64,000 bases of DNA from Craspedostauros australis (taxonomy: Eukaryota): positions 1-64,000 of the forward strand of contig JALAGF010004049.1 in assembly GCA_030167865.1 (NCBI GenBank), read 5' to 3'. A model generated the notes under the pieces. That model saw only the letters and a list, made by a program, of their open reading frames with translations. It did not search any database and was not told the DNA's origin. Positions 1 through 11,646 of this stretch are shown here, piece by piece (position 1 is the stretch's first letter; the number at the start of each line of letters is the position of its first letter). The translations under genes were made by a program, and so were the position numbers.

Positions 1-807
1 CATTTCGGCAATCAGCAGCTTGGCATTGGGGCATTCATAATCGAAAGCACCCACGTGAAATCGCTTGCGCTCTTCATCGCATTGACCGGCTGTCGCATCG
101 TCGGCTTGGCTTCCGGCCGCATCAGTGGCGGATGCTGCCCGCCTCAACTTGCCTTCAGGCATGGCATGCCGATGCTGATGGTAGTGAATCGCGATGTAGA
201 TCATCCGGATCTTCCACATCGACACTCGCTCATTGGATGAGTCGGACGTGTTGTCTTGTTCACCGATGAAGCCATCGTCACCGCGCCACGATGACCTTAT
301 GCGAGATGTGGGAGAGCACACTGTCGAACTGAACACGTCCATGAACTGCATCTGATGTTGCTGTTGTGGCATGTCCGCATGGCTGCTGGTATCACCAGCA
401 TCATCCGCAGCAGCGCCGTCAATCGATCCCTCCAATGCATCCAGCCAACGGAACAAGGAATCATCCTCGTTGGCTCTGTTTTTCACAGCATTCTGAAATC
501 TTGGTCCCAACAGCCACTCTTGAGAATTCAATCGCAGGCAACTCTGCGACATGGATTGCGTTGATAGCCCATCAGTTGTTGCGTAGTTCGAGACGGTCGA
601 TGGGAGACCCTCATTCAATTCCTGCCAAGGATCTTTCTGTTGCTGTTGCTGTGGCTGTGCGGCAATGGGTTGCTGTTGGCCTTGCATCACCTTCGCGGAG
701 TAACGCACATTGCGAATGTCGCCGGCGAAGTGCAGGACGCAAAGCACAACGATGCCGCAGGCCATCCACTTGTGGCGACTTCCTTTTGGTTGGTTCACCT
801 GCTTCAT
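1..807 (-). CDS. Type II membrane protein, probable glycosyltransferase (alpha-1,6-fucosyltransferase/GT23-like); 5' part, runs off the left edge
   Basis: Hand-translated frame open from ATG 807 to position 1, absent from the ORF track because it has no stop in the window: MKQVNQPKGSRHKWMACGIVVLCVLHFAG (short basic tail plus hydrophobic anchor), a stem, then WKIRMIYIAIHYHQHRHAMPE...VGAFDYECPNAKLLIAEM. The last segment resembles the FUT8 segment DCSKAKKLVCNI just before the catalytic core. The family call is inference. Confidence 0.7.
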   Translation of the reverse strand, partial: MKQVNQPKGSRHKWMACGIVVLCVLHFAGDIRNVRYSAKVMQGQQQPIAAQPQQQQQKDPWQELNEGLPSTVSNYATTDGLSTQSMSQSCLRLNSQEWLLGPRFQNAVKNRANEDDSLFRWLDALEGSIDGAAADDAGDTSSHADMPQQQHQMQFMDVFSSTVCSPTSRIRSSWRGDDGFIGEQDNTSDSSNERVSMWKIRMIYIAIHYHQHRHAMPEGKLRRAASATDAAGSQADDATAGQCDEERKRFHVGAFDYECPNAKLLIAEM

Positions 808-1805
808 ATTTCGGCCGTGCGCTTGATGTTGCTTGTTCACGCGTAGAAAACAGATGGGGTCTTGTGAGAGTAGCCACGATGGAGGCTTCGATGGTGCTGC
901 CTTTGCGATGGGTCTGCACTCTCTCGCTGTCTCTATCTCTCCGCACTCAAATGGCACTTTGTCAGGCCATTGTGATGCGCACCAAAAACCGAACCAAGCT
1001 CGACGTGTCGTATCGTGTCTTTCTCTGCTCGTGGTGACAACGATGGTGACTGACAATTCTCACAGAATTCCTTACTTCTTACTACTCCGCTCGGACGAGT
1101 GTGCTGTGGGACATGAGTTGGGACTGTCATTAACGGTAAAGGGTTAAGTTGAAAGCTGCGGTAAACCCTGTTCCTGTTATTCCCAAAACTCCTTCCCGAG
1201 TGCTGCACGCTCGCAACCACGTCATCAACAGACTCTTTTTTGTCTTTGTGGGTGTGTCGCAACACCACATCAACATGTGACGTCGTTTCTCTGAGTTGCT
1301 CAATGAGATACCTCCATCCTAGTATCAGATCTTCGTTCATTTTGTCTCCTTTCTGTTCGCGGCGATCATGTGGGCAAATACGAGCTTCGTGCGCATACGA
1401 CAGGTTGGCTCGCCGCGTGCACGAGTCGTCATTTTTGGGAGTACCCTGCTGCGCATCATGATCGCAAACACAGCATTATTATCTGCACTGCTTTAGAATA
1501 CATGACTGCCTACTGCCACTATCAAGGTGCTCGATCTTACAGGGTTTGCCACATTCTAGTTACGTTCACCCAACGCTCTTGTATGCATCAAAGTTGTGTA
1601 TGCTGTGCGTTGCACAATGGAACGTGCTCGTTTCGTTCTGACTTGTTGTTGTCAACGTCTCTGTGATGCACCTTGCCAATTCCTCAGTGTGTAGCTTTGA
1701 ATGAGAGCCTTCCATGTACTTGTTTGTTGGGGTTTTGTGTGCATGTTTGTATGCATCACTCACTCCCTGTGCAATGGCACAAGCAAGTGGAAAATCATCC
1801 ATGAC

Positions 1806-2368
1806 TGTAGGAATGTGCAAATGTGTATGTGCATCGCTCACCCATTGTTCTCTTATACTCATGTACTGGCAGTACAACTACATTCGTGTCATGAGTGAAC
1901 TGTGATGGAATGAAATCACATCACAAATGGAACACACGACAACGAGCAGAATTTCTGGAGGACATTTGCAGTCAACGATTTCTGAGAGAATCAGGAACAT
2001 CGTCCGTCCATCCATCAATGGAAACGTATGGTATCGAGCAAAGCTCAATGTACCTCCCAACTAAGCCTCAGATGACGATATCATCTGACAGACCATTGCA
2101 TCATCGATGGAACGTGACATCTGGAGAGCAGAAGGACGACAGCTGACGTTGACAGAATGTCATCATTTCACCATGTCGACATCTGTCTCCATGTCAGAAG
2201 CAGAAGGTGAAGATCCAATGACCGAAGGACATCGAGATCATGGATATACAAAAGGGAATTCAAGTGGCAAGCACTCATGGAGTGGCAAGCCAATAGTGAA
2301 TGAACGAAGTGTTGAATGCGGAGTACGCATCGAACACGGAGTATCGTGTAACATGAACACGCGATATT

Positions 2369-2400
<32 letters not shown>

Positions 2401-2612
2401 ATACGAAGAGCAGCGAGAGAGCATCTCGCGTACCGACTCATAGTCGGAGACCGAATCTACGAAACAGATTGAAGCACCGAGAGCATCGGGCAAGAGAACG
2501 AACGGACACCAAGAGGATCGGAGTGCCAACGTAATGAAATAGCAAACAGAACAACTATCAACCAATACCATCTTCCACGATTGTTGGCTTCCAATCACGG
2601 AACTTGCCAACA
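1806..2612 (+). mobile_element. Solo LTR (family A, copia-type)
   Basis: Begins TGTAGGAATGTGCAAATG and ends GAACTTGCCAACA. It is colinear with the reverse complement of 8026-8739 (TGTCAGAATGTACATATG...GAATTTGCCAACA) and shares the exact 20-mer TAATGAAATAGCAAACAGAA. No clear target-site duplication. Confidence 0.7.
2368..2400. repeat. (GA)n microsatellite inside the LTR
   Basis: Direct reading of the sequence. Confidence 0.9.
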
Positions 2613-3540
2613 AAGGAGCATGTAGCTCACATTTTCTGTCACAAAGATCCAAAGGTGGGATCTGCGGTAATATACCATTTTGCAACGCTCAACTCCACCC
2701 TTGTGGGAGGTGCGGCAATTTGGTGTTTCACAACACCCGATTCCTGACACCCTTCGTCCACGCTCATCAACACGGAGACTCTGAGAGAACTCCACCGAAG
2801 ACGGCACCACGCTCCGCGATGCTGAGCAGTCCACGATACTGAACGCTCCACGGTGTGCGGATACACGCCACGAACCCACACACAACAACGATTGGTTCTT
2901 CATGAGATACTATGCTTGATGTTGCAACTACGGTCGATACCACGAAGGCATGGTGCCTTTTCGAAGTGTTGTTCGAAACTTCGAAAAGAAGAGAATCGTC
3001 ACATCCATACAACTGTGTCAAGTCATTGTTGAATGACAAATTTGTCACATGAGGGGCCAAAGTCTCACTCAGGAGATTCCCAGTGAGATTTCTCCTCAAC
3101 TGAAGAACAAGGATCCCAGACCTGCGACCCCAGACACAGGGCACCACGTTCGCGACTGTTGAGTGGCGTAGCTGCACAGTAAAACGCATCAGTCTTGGAG
3201 TGTTGATGCCAGGGCGACGCCCACATAGGCGCAGGCCAATTCACCTATCATAGCATGACAAGTCGCAAGGAAAAAGTGATGCTCTGCTCCGGCGTACAAA
3301 TTTCAGGACTAGACCACTCTCGTACTCACGCACGCCCAATCAAAATTCGAAAAGATGGTTGATCCTGCAAAGCGCATTCAGGTCTCGTTCCCTACCAGCT
3401 TCAATGACCTGGTTATGTTCCAACCACAAGCCCAAGTACCGATTCATCGTTGGTGTTCTTCCATTAACGTGATCAAGACCCCCGTGCATTTTCCAGCGCT
3501 CTACTCCAAGAGTGTTCTGTTACCGAATGAGTTGTGGCGG

Positions 3541-3606
3541 TTGTGTGTTGTGTGTTGTGTGTTGTGTGTTGTGTGTTGTGTGTTGTGTGTTGTGTGTTGT
3601 GTGTTG
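3541..3606. repeat. (TGTGTTG)n heptamer tandem repeat
   Basis: About 9 near-perfect copies; explains the spurious CCVLCVV ORFs. Confidence 0.95.
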
Positions 3607-4186
3607 CCTGTTATGAGTTGTGGTGGTTGCGTGTTGCGTGTTGCGAGTTGTGTGCCAAACCACGCGAAGCGCATCATTGTGGAAATCAGACCACGACAAA
3701 GTCCTCTCCTGGCATAGACGAGAATTGCAGATCAAGAAGAACGACAGATGATGACATGTGGAGATGAGCAAGGGTGGCATGTTCCGTGTCTGCTTGTCCC
3801 ACCATACTCGCAGGCGCTTTGCTCGTACGAATTATAGTTCAGGCCCAATGGATGATGTACATCAGGGAGGGTCATCCTGCACCATAAATGCTGGGCATCG
3901 GCATCGATCCACGGAGTCTTTCTGTCCAACGGTGATGTCACCAGTTGTGGAGGTCCCAGTTTGTGAAGGTTCCAGCTGCGGAGGAGCTTTGGCCTCCTGG
4001 GCATCATGCTGTCCTCGTACCATGTTGCCTCATGCACAACATCGAACATGCAAGCAAAATGGTCCAAACAACCAACAAATCAATCTCTTCATCTCATAAA
4101 TTCATCCAAGTTATCAACCAATAACACCAAACAAACAACGATCAACCCTGAAAGATCAATCACCAACCACCAAGTATCGAGCAACC

Positions 4187-7039
4187 ATGATCCACGCCAA
4201 GGCCGCCTTCGTTGCCTTTCTCGCTCTCGCCAACACGGCAACGGTCCACGCCGTGCTCCGCGGCAACAGGACTCCTGTGGATCCAAGCAAGGAACTCCGC
4301 ACGGCGATGAACAAGATCCGCGCCCTCAAGGTCGGCGTTGATGGCAACGCGAAGGCGGCAAAACAAAACAAGGCCGAGCGAGAGCCTGCCACAGACAACC
4401 CGAGTGTTCCCGAGGCCTCTGCGCCAACCGCGTTGCCGACTGGATCGCCGACTACTGGACCCACGGGCCCTCCGACTGCCTCGCCGACGCATGAACCGAC
4501 CGGCCCGCCGACGGGCCCTCCAGCTGAGATACCCTCAATGTCGCCTACCACTCAACCAGCCTCTGACCCAGCGCCCTTCGATGCCGCCATCGAAGTTGCT
4601 TGCAAGCCAGACGGTGCCACCGCCCTCGCCCTCGCCCTCACCCTTGCCGAAGCCAGCGCCAAGACCATCATCTGCGATGCCACCAAGCCATCGTGCCGCG
4701 AGGCCGTGACTGCCGTGAAGGAATCCGCAGAGCTGCAGAACTTCTTCGCTTGTGCTGGAGACCTCAGCGAAGGAGCCGCGCGCAAGCTCTTCAACAAGTA
4801 CGCAACAGACACTGTGCTCGCTGAGCAACTCACGATGATCGCCTCCACTAGCGCGACCCTCGTCACTGAACGTCTGGATGCCATGAACGAAGCATGCGCG
4901 GCCATCGCTGCGATGCAATCGCCTGCCGTCGCAGACCCATGCTGCCAGGGATCCTCGGGGTGCACTTCTGCCGCCGCCTCCGCTTCCAGCTCTCCACCAT
5001 TCATGACCGTCGCCATCACCAGCTGCACCGGCGACAGCGCATGCAAGAACATCGGACCAAATCCCCTCATCCTGGACTCGTCGTGCACTGGCGTGAGTGC
5101 ATGCGAATCCATGAATGAAAATGATCTCAATCCATCCGTTGCGGGGGTCACTTTCGTGGGTGAAGCNTCATGCACCAATCCAGGATCATGCGAGGGAGTG
5201 GGGCACCGCTCGTACGGGAATGTCGTCGTCCTGGGCGCCTCTTGCGTTGGCTCCGACACGTGCAACGCAGCCGGACGCCGCAGTGAGCAGCAGACCTCCA
5301 ACCGTTTCCCAAGCCACATCCACATTGGACCGAATGCATGCGTTGGCATCGATGCCTGCAAGGATACCCATTCTACAGTCAATCATGGCAGTGCCGGCAA
5401 GCGTGAAGGGAGTCTGACCATTGGCGACGGCAGTTGCACACAGGATCGCTCCTGCGAAAAGATTGGCTTCAACGACAGGTTGGGAATGGATATCATCGTC
5501 GCTCCTGGTGAGTGCAGTGTCGCCGGCACTTGCCGGGGATGCATCACCGCAGAAGACTGCGACAACGGTGGGGCGTATCTCATCAGCAACACCGATGGAG
5601 CTTGCCCCAAGGCAGCCATCAGCTCCGGTGGCAATCCGACTGGAAAGAAGGTGGATGAGTACTGCATTGGGAGAGGCAGCTTGCCCACAGAGACCCCGAC
5701 CTTCTTTCCAACACCTCTTCCGACCATCACAAGAAGACCAACCTCCAATCCAACGATCTTGTCGTCTCTGACGCCCTCATATCTTCCGTCAGACACTCCC
5801 TCGCAAGTTGCGTCTGAGATGCCGTCAGATATCCCGAGCTCACTCCCGTCAAACAGACCATCGCAAGTTCCGTCCGCCCAGCCCTCCCAACAACCGTCCG
5901 CACTCCCATCGACCCATGCAACTGACATGCCGTCAGTTGTACCAAGCTCACAGCCTTCGCAACAGCCCACAAGAACAAGTAGTCCAACTCTTCCTCCCCC
6001 AGCATCCTTCACTGTTGGATGTCTCTCAAAACCGGGTGACGTCTCATCAACGTTCAATGGGATCACTGGTGACTTATTGTGCGATGGTGCAACAGGCACA
6101 TGCGCGGAGTTCGTCTCCATGCTTGACGCTCTGGCTGAGGGGAAGCGCAAGATGGTCATGAGCATCTTTGGATGCAATGAGAAAGACCCTCCACAGCCGG
6201 TGACATTGGAGGTGGCGCAGAAACGCTTCAATAACATCAAGAACGAAGAAAGTGTGACCAAGGCATTGTTGGCGATCGTGAACGAGGACAAGAAGCTCTT
6301 CACTGGCAGCGCGTCTGTGGTGACAAATGCGTGCAGTGACGACTGCTGCAGCGGTGAAATACCTTGCACCATTGGTCCTGTTGGTGGCGGTGGTGTGATG
6401 ACGGTGAGCTCAGGGTCGTGTCATGGAAGATTTGCCTGCGCAAACGTGCCTCCCAATGCAATCATGCTTGACAGTTGCAAGGGAGACAGTGCTTGCCCTG
6501 GGGTGGGCAATTTTTCTCCAGATCAGCCAGCTGCTGAGGTCGAAGTCGGATTCAGGGTGATCGGACCCAGGGCTTGTGTTGTAGGCCGGAGTTGCAATGC
6601 TTTGGGAGTGAATGTCTTTGGCAATATACGAGTGGAAGAAGGAGCATGCGATGGAGCATCTGCATGCGATACCATTGCGCAGCGCGACGACCAAGGGTCT
6701 ACAACCACGGATCCGATCGTGGCAAGTGTCTTTGTTGGAAAGAATGCGTGCAAAGGATACACCGCTTGCTACAGATTGCATCAATCAAGGAACAGAGTTG
6801 CAGGAAGTGTGATCATCGAAGACGGTGCCTGCTCGGACGAGTACACGTGTACCCAACTTGGCAACAGTGACGACGCAACCAATGACATCATCATCAGAGC
6901 AGGAGTCTGCACGACAGCCGCCACCTGCACCGACTGCGCCAGGGCATCATTGTGTGATTCACCCACAGAAACGTACGTAATTGAAGACCCTGCCACGGAA
7001 TGTCCTGACCCAGTCCAATCTGCCTGCAGAGTCGTGTAA
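4187..7039 (+). CDS. Secreted Cys-rich protein (950 aa) with two duplicated modules and Pro/Thr/Ser linkers; likely cell-surface or extracellular-matrix protein
   Basis: Signal peptide MIHAKAAFVAFLALANTATVHA then VLRG; PT/PS mucin-like linkers; two Cys-rich regions with repeated [SA]CxGxx[AS]C units; GC3-rich codons in the 5' half. The N at 5167 falls in GCN, so the X is Ala. Confidence 0.9.
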   Translation: MIHAKAAFVAFLALANTATVHAVLRGNRTPVDPSKELRTAMNKIRALKVGVDGNAKAAKQNKAEREPATDNPSVPEASAPTALPTGSPTTGPTGPPTASPTHEPTGPPTGPPAEIPSMSPTTQPASDPAPFDAAIEVACKPDGATALALALTLAEASAKTIICDATKPSCREAVTAVKESAELQNFFACAGDLSEGAARKLFNKYATDTVLAEQLTMIASTSATLVTERLDAMNEACAAIAAMQSPAVADPCCQGSSGCTSAAASASSSPPFMTVAITSCTGDSACKNIGPNPLILDSSCTGVSACESMNENDLNPSVAGVTFVGEXSCTNPGSCEGVGHRSYGNVVVLGASCVGSDTCNAAGRRSEQQTSNRFPSHIHIGPNACVGIDACKDTHSTVNHGSAGKREGSLTIGDGSCTQDRSCEKIGFNDRLGMDIIVAPGECSVAGTCRGCITAEDCDNGGAYLISNTDGACPKAAISSGGNPTGKKVDEYCIGRGSLPTETPTFFPTPLPTITRRPTSNPTILSSLTPSYLPSDTPSQVASEMPSDIPSSLPSNRPSQVPSAQPSQQPSALPSTHATDMPSVVPSSQPSQQPTRTSSPTLPPPASFTVGCLSKPGDVSSTFNGITGDLLCDGATGTCAEFVSMLDALAEGKRKMVMSIFGCNEKDPPQPVTLEVAQKRFNNIKNEESVTKALLAIVNEDKKLFTGSASVVTNACSDDCCSGEIPCTIGPVGGGGVMTVSSGSCHGRFACANVPPNAIMLDSCKGDSACPGVGNFSPDQPAAEVEVGFRVIGPRACVVGRSCNALGVNVFGNIRVEEGACDGASACDTIAQRDDQGSTTTDPIVASVFVGKNACKGYTACYRLHQSRNRVAGSVIIEDGACSDEYTCTQLGNSDDATNDIIIRAGVCTTAATCTDCARASLCDSPTETYVIEDPATECPDPVQSACRVV

Positions 7040-7194
7040 CCATCACATACGTAGCCACACATACTATCATGCTTTGACTCGTACTCTACCACCATTTTCC
7101 GATCTTGCTCTGGCAAAGCAGAGCACTCTGTGGTGATGATGTAAACTCTAGCTTCACTTGTGTCTTCTACATTATCTCAGTCACTAATCGAGTT

Positions 7195-8023
7195 AGTCAG
7201 GAATCGGATGTTCTGAAGAACCAAATTGCCGCACCTCCCACACGTGAAATGCCGAGCGTTGTGAAACAATATATTACCGCACCTCCCACTGTGGATCTTT
7301 GTCACATCAAAAATGTGAGCTGCACGATTGAGGCGGAGAACACCGCATGACGAAGGCGAACCTGATTGTGATGTGCATGACCTCAATGCAGGAATGGGGG
7401 TCACACACATATGTTGCAGGAGGCGGCGATGTTGGATTCATGACCAGCATCTCGATACACAAGACTATGGCCCCCATGTCACAACGAGCAAGAAAAGAGT
7501 ATCCAAGACAGGCCAGCAACACGAAGTGTGAGATGGCTTGTGAACGGATCCCTGATGACAAACCAGTAAAAGATCGGCAAAGTATTGGCACAGTATTGGA
7601 GAAGTATCAGAGATGTCCCAGGATGAGACACTGGGAAAGCAATCATCCAAGTTGCTCTTGTGAAGTATGGGAGACTGTGATCTGATCGAATGGAATGAGT
7701 CAAGCGATGACTGTGAATCAACACTGTCTACACTAACAAAACTATAGGTGGAGAGCAGGAGATGGAATATCTGAGATGCATGATGAGATTCACTTGATAC
7801 TGCAAGATGAGATGTACATGGAGTACATGCTGCATGACATGATGAAGCAGGAGACAGCACTGCATGAGCAAGGGCAAGACTGTGTGCTACTGTGGATTTT
7901 GTATGCTTTGGCAAATGGAATTGAAAGAGATGGTGATGTTGTACTCACAGTTCCAACAATGCAATAACATGAATAGGTAACCAGAGACTACAACTAGAGA
8001 CTGGGTACCCCGGATTTCCAACA
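7195..8023 (+). mobile_element. Solo LTR (family B), degenerate
   Basis: Starts (A)GTCAGGAATCGG, matching the PPT-adjacent start at 2749 on the minus strand. Ends GGGTACCCCGGATTTCCAACA. The 3' half is visibly CpG-poor and TG/CA-rich. Confidence 0.6.
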
Positions 8024-8025
8024 GG

Positions 8026-8739
8026 TGTTGGCAAATTCTGTGCACAGTAATTCCCTACTGATAGACAGTGATGTAATTGCTGTTTCTGTTTGCTATTTCA
8101 TTATGTCGGTGGTTGAGTATCTCTGCAGATAGTTCTCAAGTATGAGTTCACACAAGATCCACTCTTGCGTTTCCGCCTCTACAAGTCCTTGTCTCTCTCT
8201 CCCTCATGATAATCATACGCATACTCTCCGCGTTGATCATCCACCTCTCATATTGGTCTCTTGCCTTACATGTAGTAGATGCTTGGCATGGTTCACATGT
8301 TGCACTTTGAAGATCTTGCCTGCTCTCAGTCATTGCATCTTCGCAATCTTGTTCTGGTGTGGAGATGACCCATGATGTGGCAATGACATCTCCTGTGTAT
8401 ACGTCACTTGACACCGTTCCATGGCTCTGTCGATTCCACATTCCATTGATGATGCTTTAAGTTGTCGGGGTTGGTGTCGCTTCAGGTTCAGTTGGGAACT
8501 AGATCAATTTAAACTCAACATCATGTGTTTGACGGATGGCGACCATACCGAATATCTGATGCTCTCAAATTGAGTCGTGACAAGTTTCCAATGAAACTGT
8601 GGATGGGCGGACGTACCAAGTCTGTGATGTGTTTCATCCGATTACTGGTTGTAGATCGAACATATATCGACAGCATCTGTGCATGGAGTGAGAGGAGAAT
8701 TGTGTGAGCAATGCACATAAGCATATGTACATTCTGACA
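8026..8739 (-). mobile_element. 3' LTR (family A) of a truncated Ty1/copia element
   Basis: On the minus strand the RNase H relic is followed by purine tract CAGAAAGGG (8740-8748) and then TGTCAGAATG...TTGCCAACA, giving TG...CA ends. Confidence 0.75.
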
Positions 8740-8759
8740 CCCTTTCTGTGTGCATTCAG

Positions 8760-9338
8760 TCATTTGTTTTCCTCTGATGTCTCAAGGTATGACTTCTTGT
8801 GCTCATGTTGCATGTCAGGCTTGATGTTCTTGGTGAATCCGTTGCCTCTGTTGTGCTTGTATTTGACAAAGATGATCTAAATGGGTTTGTTGGTGACTAT
8901 GTTTCATATGTAGTGGTGACACATGCCAATGTGGCACAATTTTTGGGATGTTGATGGGTTCTTGGCAATGAAGATCACGCTGATGCTGTCCATGCGGACC
9001 GCGATCGGTGTCTTCAATGGAATCCCAACACTATTGAGTTGTTGCATCATAAAGAAGATCTCCTTTGCTGCTTTGTAAAGAGCAACGTATTCCACCTCAG
9101 ATGAACTGAGTATCACAGCCTTCTGTGCATTGGATTGCCATAGGATCGGTGCCTGGCATAGGTACAGGATGAAACCTCCCACACTGATTTGCGTATCCTT
9201 GTCTCCTGCATATTCGCTATCGCAGAAGGGTTCCATGTCCCAACTGTTGGTGTTTGGCTGTACCGGGTGAATCTTCAATCCGTAGTGCTGTGTACACAGC
9301 ATTAACAGCATCATGATGGCAATGCCTTGGAGATCCAA
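8760..9338 (-). pseudogene. Ty1/copia pol RNase H remnant
   Basis: CDSEYAGDKDTQISVGGF...PILWQSNAQKAVILSSSEVEYVAL matches the copia RNase H motifs DSDYAGD..TR.S..G and QK.V.LSS.EAEY. The frame is disrupted by a stop, an FTKN-like motif follows downstream, and no RT is recognisable upstream. Confidence 0.92.
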
Positions 9339-11646
9339 CCTGCTTCAACCATGGCAGGGAATCCAACAGCAAATTCCGACAACAACAGCTGCAGCCACTT
9401 GATTGCAACTTCAACAGAATACTGAGTGGCACGATCTATTTGGCATTGCAAAGCAACATCAGATTGAAGATGGAGTAGAAGAGGCAGCTGGTCTGTACTC
9501 TACACACTGTACCATGAGGATCGGTGCAGAGTCATGTCAACTGTGAGGACATCGTTTCTTCATCCTACTATTGCAACTAACTATTCTATTGTAACAAACT
9601 CAAAAACACACACAACAATGAGATTAGGGCAACAAGCATCACCCTAATTCCTTGTTCTGTAACACTCTACTTCGACGAACTCGCTCCATGTGAACTGCAT
9701 CAAACGGCAATCCCGAAACCGGCAGTTCGCGACGTGTTTCCCAACAAATCGTGTCATTTTCGAGAGGAGTAACGCGATGGTGAGTCGCGACATCTTTGAC
9801 GTTCCATCACATTCCTCGATTCTGGTCCGAACCGTCCTCGAGTTGGCGGTTGTGCTCTTACTTGTACCAGTTGTTGCAGCGCCAAGCCACACACACACGT
9901 TGTGGGACACGTGGATGATGGAAAGCGATTTGTGTCACTGGGACAACAGGCCAATCCGCTGTGACATCCAAATGTCACCGTCGTCGCAGACCAAAAAGGC
10001 CCGCGTTTGGTGAGAAGCGAGAGGCGAACCAGGTCGAAGACCCAGCGGGAGCACAATTGCGCCCAAACTCCGATCTTCGGAACGTCGTCACGAGCAGCCC
10101 ATGGTAGACGTATGTGGTGGTACGACGTTGCACGATCACGTACGAGGTCTGTCCAAGAAAGACACAGAGATGATTTGTCCGATCCACGTGTGATGGGAAT
10201 GACCTGCCGAAGATAAAATCCCCTGGCTACGAAGTCATCCCAAACTTTCTTAAATGTTGACTCAGAGAACGATTTGTCTCGGTTGGCGATGCGTTGTCAA
10301 CAACTCGCGCAGATGTCGTGTGACAAAAGTCGATCGAGCGTATGTTTTGCATACACGAGCAGTCGTTAAGCGAAGCCCATTCCAGCGCCTCCTAATTGCA
10401 AGGCAAATGGAAGGACCCAATGGGTTTCCACCAATGTCAAAACGGATATATTCTTCTATCCTCATCGTGTTTTGTGCGTGAGCGTCCACGGTGCGAAAGA
10501 GCTCGTATGCACCAATTCAGTAGAAGTACGCACGCCCGGTTCCAAGAAAGTGGTGGAACGCTCGTGCCAACCAAGTAATCTGCTTCTCTCGCAGTTCATC
10601 CCAAAAAGAGAGTGGGCGGAACGCGAAGACATCGCCGCAACAACAACGATCACGGCAACGACCCACGACGCACAGCAAAGAAAAAAGGGGCACAACAGGA
10701 GACATGGAAACCACGGACAACTGTGACGATGAGGCACATACGCGTGGAGTACCGGAGCTCGTGGAATACTTATCCTGTCGGTATGACAATACGGGCATTG
10801 TCCCCGTAGGTAGCTCGTAGTTGTTGCCACTGCGGTACTCGGATGTGAAATTGTACGGTTTGTTGCACCGAATCGGCACGGCGCAGGTACTATGACGACC
10901 AGCTCTCCGAATCCACAACAAGAAAAGAAAGCAGGCACAGGCAGCATTGAAAAAGAAGAGCAAGACAACCAAGCGAATTGTCGTACAAAACGAAAACGGC
11001 ACCGAAAACGACGGCAACAACAGCAACAAGAAAAGCAGTGGCGGCAACCAAGAAGAAGGTCGGCTGCCAACCAAGATCCCCCGCAGCCACAGTCGCAAGG
11101 ACCAGCAACAGACAAGAAGCTGCAAGTACTCGAAGGTCTTTGTCGTAATAGAACGCCACATCGAGTGATCCTGTTGCGATCGGTGCGCTCGCTGTTCTCA
11201 ATTGGAACGCAGCATCGGAACTGTGTCACGCTTGTCATTATCGCGATTCCGTTCCAGTTGCATTCCAGTTGCATTGCGCTTCGGCACTTCTGCTGAGCTG
11301 CTGCTCCATTGTTTCCATCCAACAATCAGCATCAGAGAGACAGAGAGACAGAGAGACAGAGAAGGAGGGAGACAGAGACAACATCGACATCACTACTCTG
11401 GGACAATCGCAGAGCGGCGTTGCACGGAACTGGCTGTCGATCCATTGACTCGCGGAATCGGTGTTGTTGCCTGAAGAGCACGACAAGCAGGTCTTCCATC
11501 GTTCTTGCTTGGTTCGACAGTTCATGGCGCGCTCTGCGAGCTATTCTATAACATTACATCACATAATATAAAACAATATATAGGACCTTGGACTTTGGCA
11601 TCCAACAGAGTCCAGGAGACGACAACAGACGACAACAGACAGCAAG

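Larger units (their letters stand above)
1425..2749 (-). mobile_element. Degenerate LTR (family B), interrupted by a family-A LTR
   Basis: The minus strand reads purine tract GAAGGG then TGTCAGGAATCGG at 2749. 2620-2748 aligns by eye with 7196-7325. Weaker similarity resumes left of 1806 (GTGAACG..CAAACC..TAAGATCG, and GGGTAC near 1445). The left end is approximate. Confidence 0.55.

Noticed and set aside
2620-7325. Terminal inverted repeats of a DNA transposon that captured the secreted-protein gene
   Set aside because: The repeats face outward, the left one begins with a purine tract plus TGT, and both continue as longer LTR-like sequence. No target-site duplication.
10462-11325. 287-aa minus ORF and 134-aa plus ORF
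   Set aside because: Driven by CAA/CAG-rich low-complexity sequence upstream of the 11647 gene; probably UTR or promoter.
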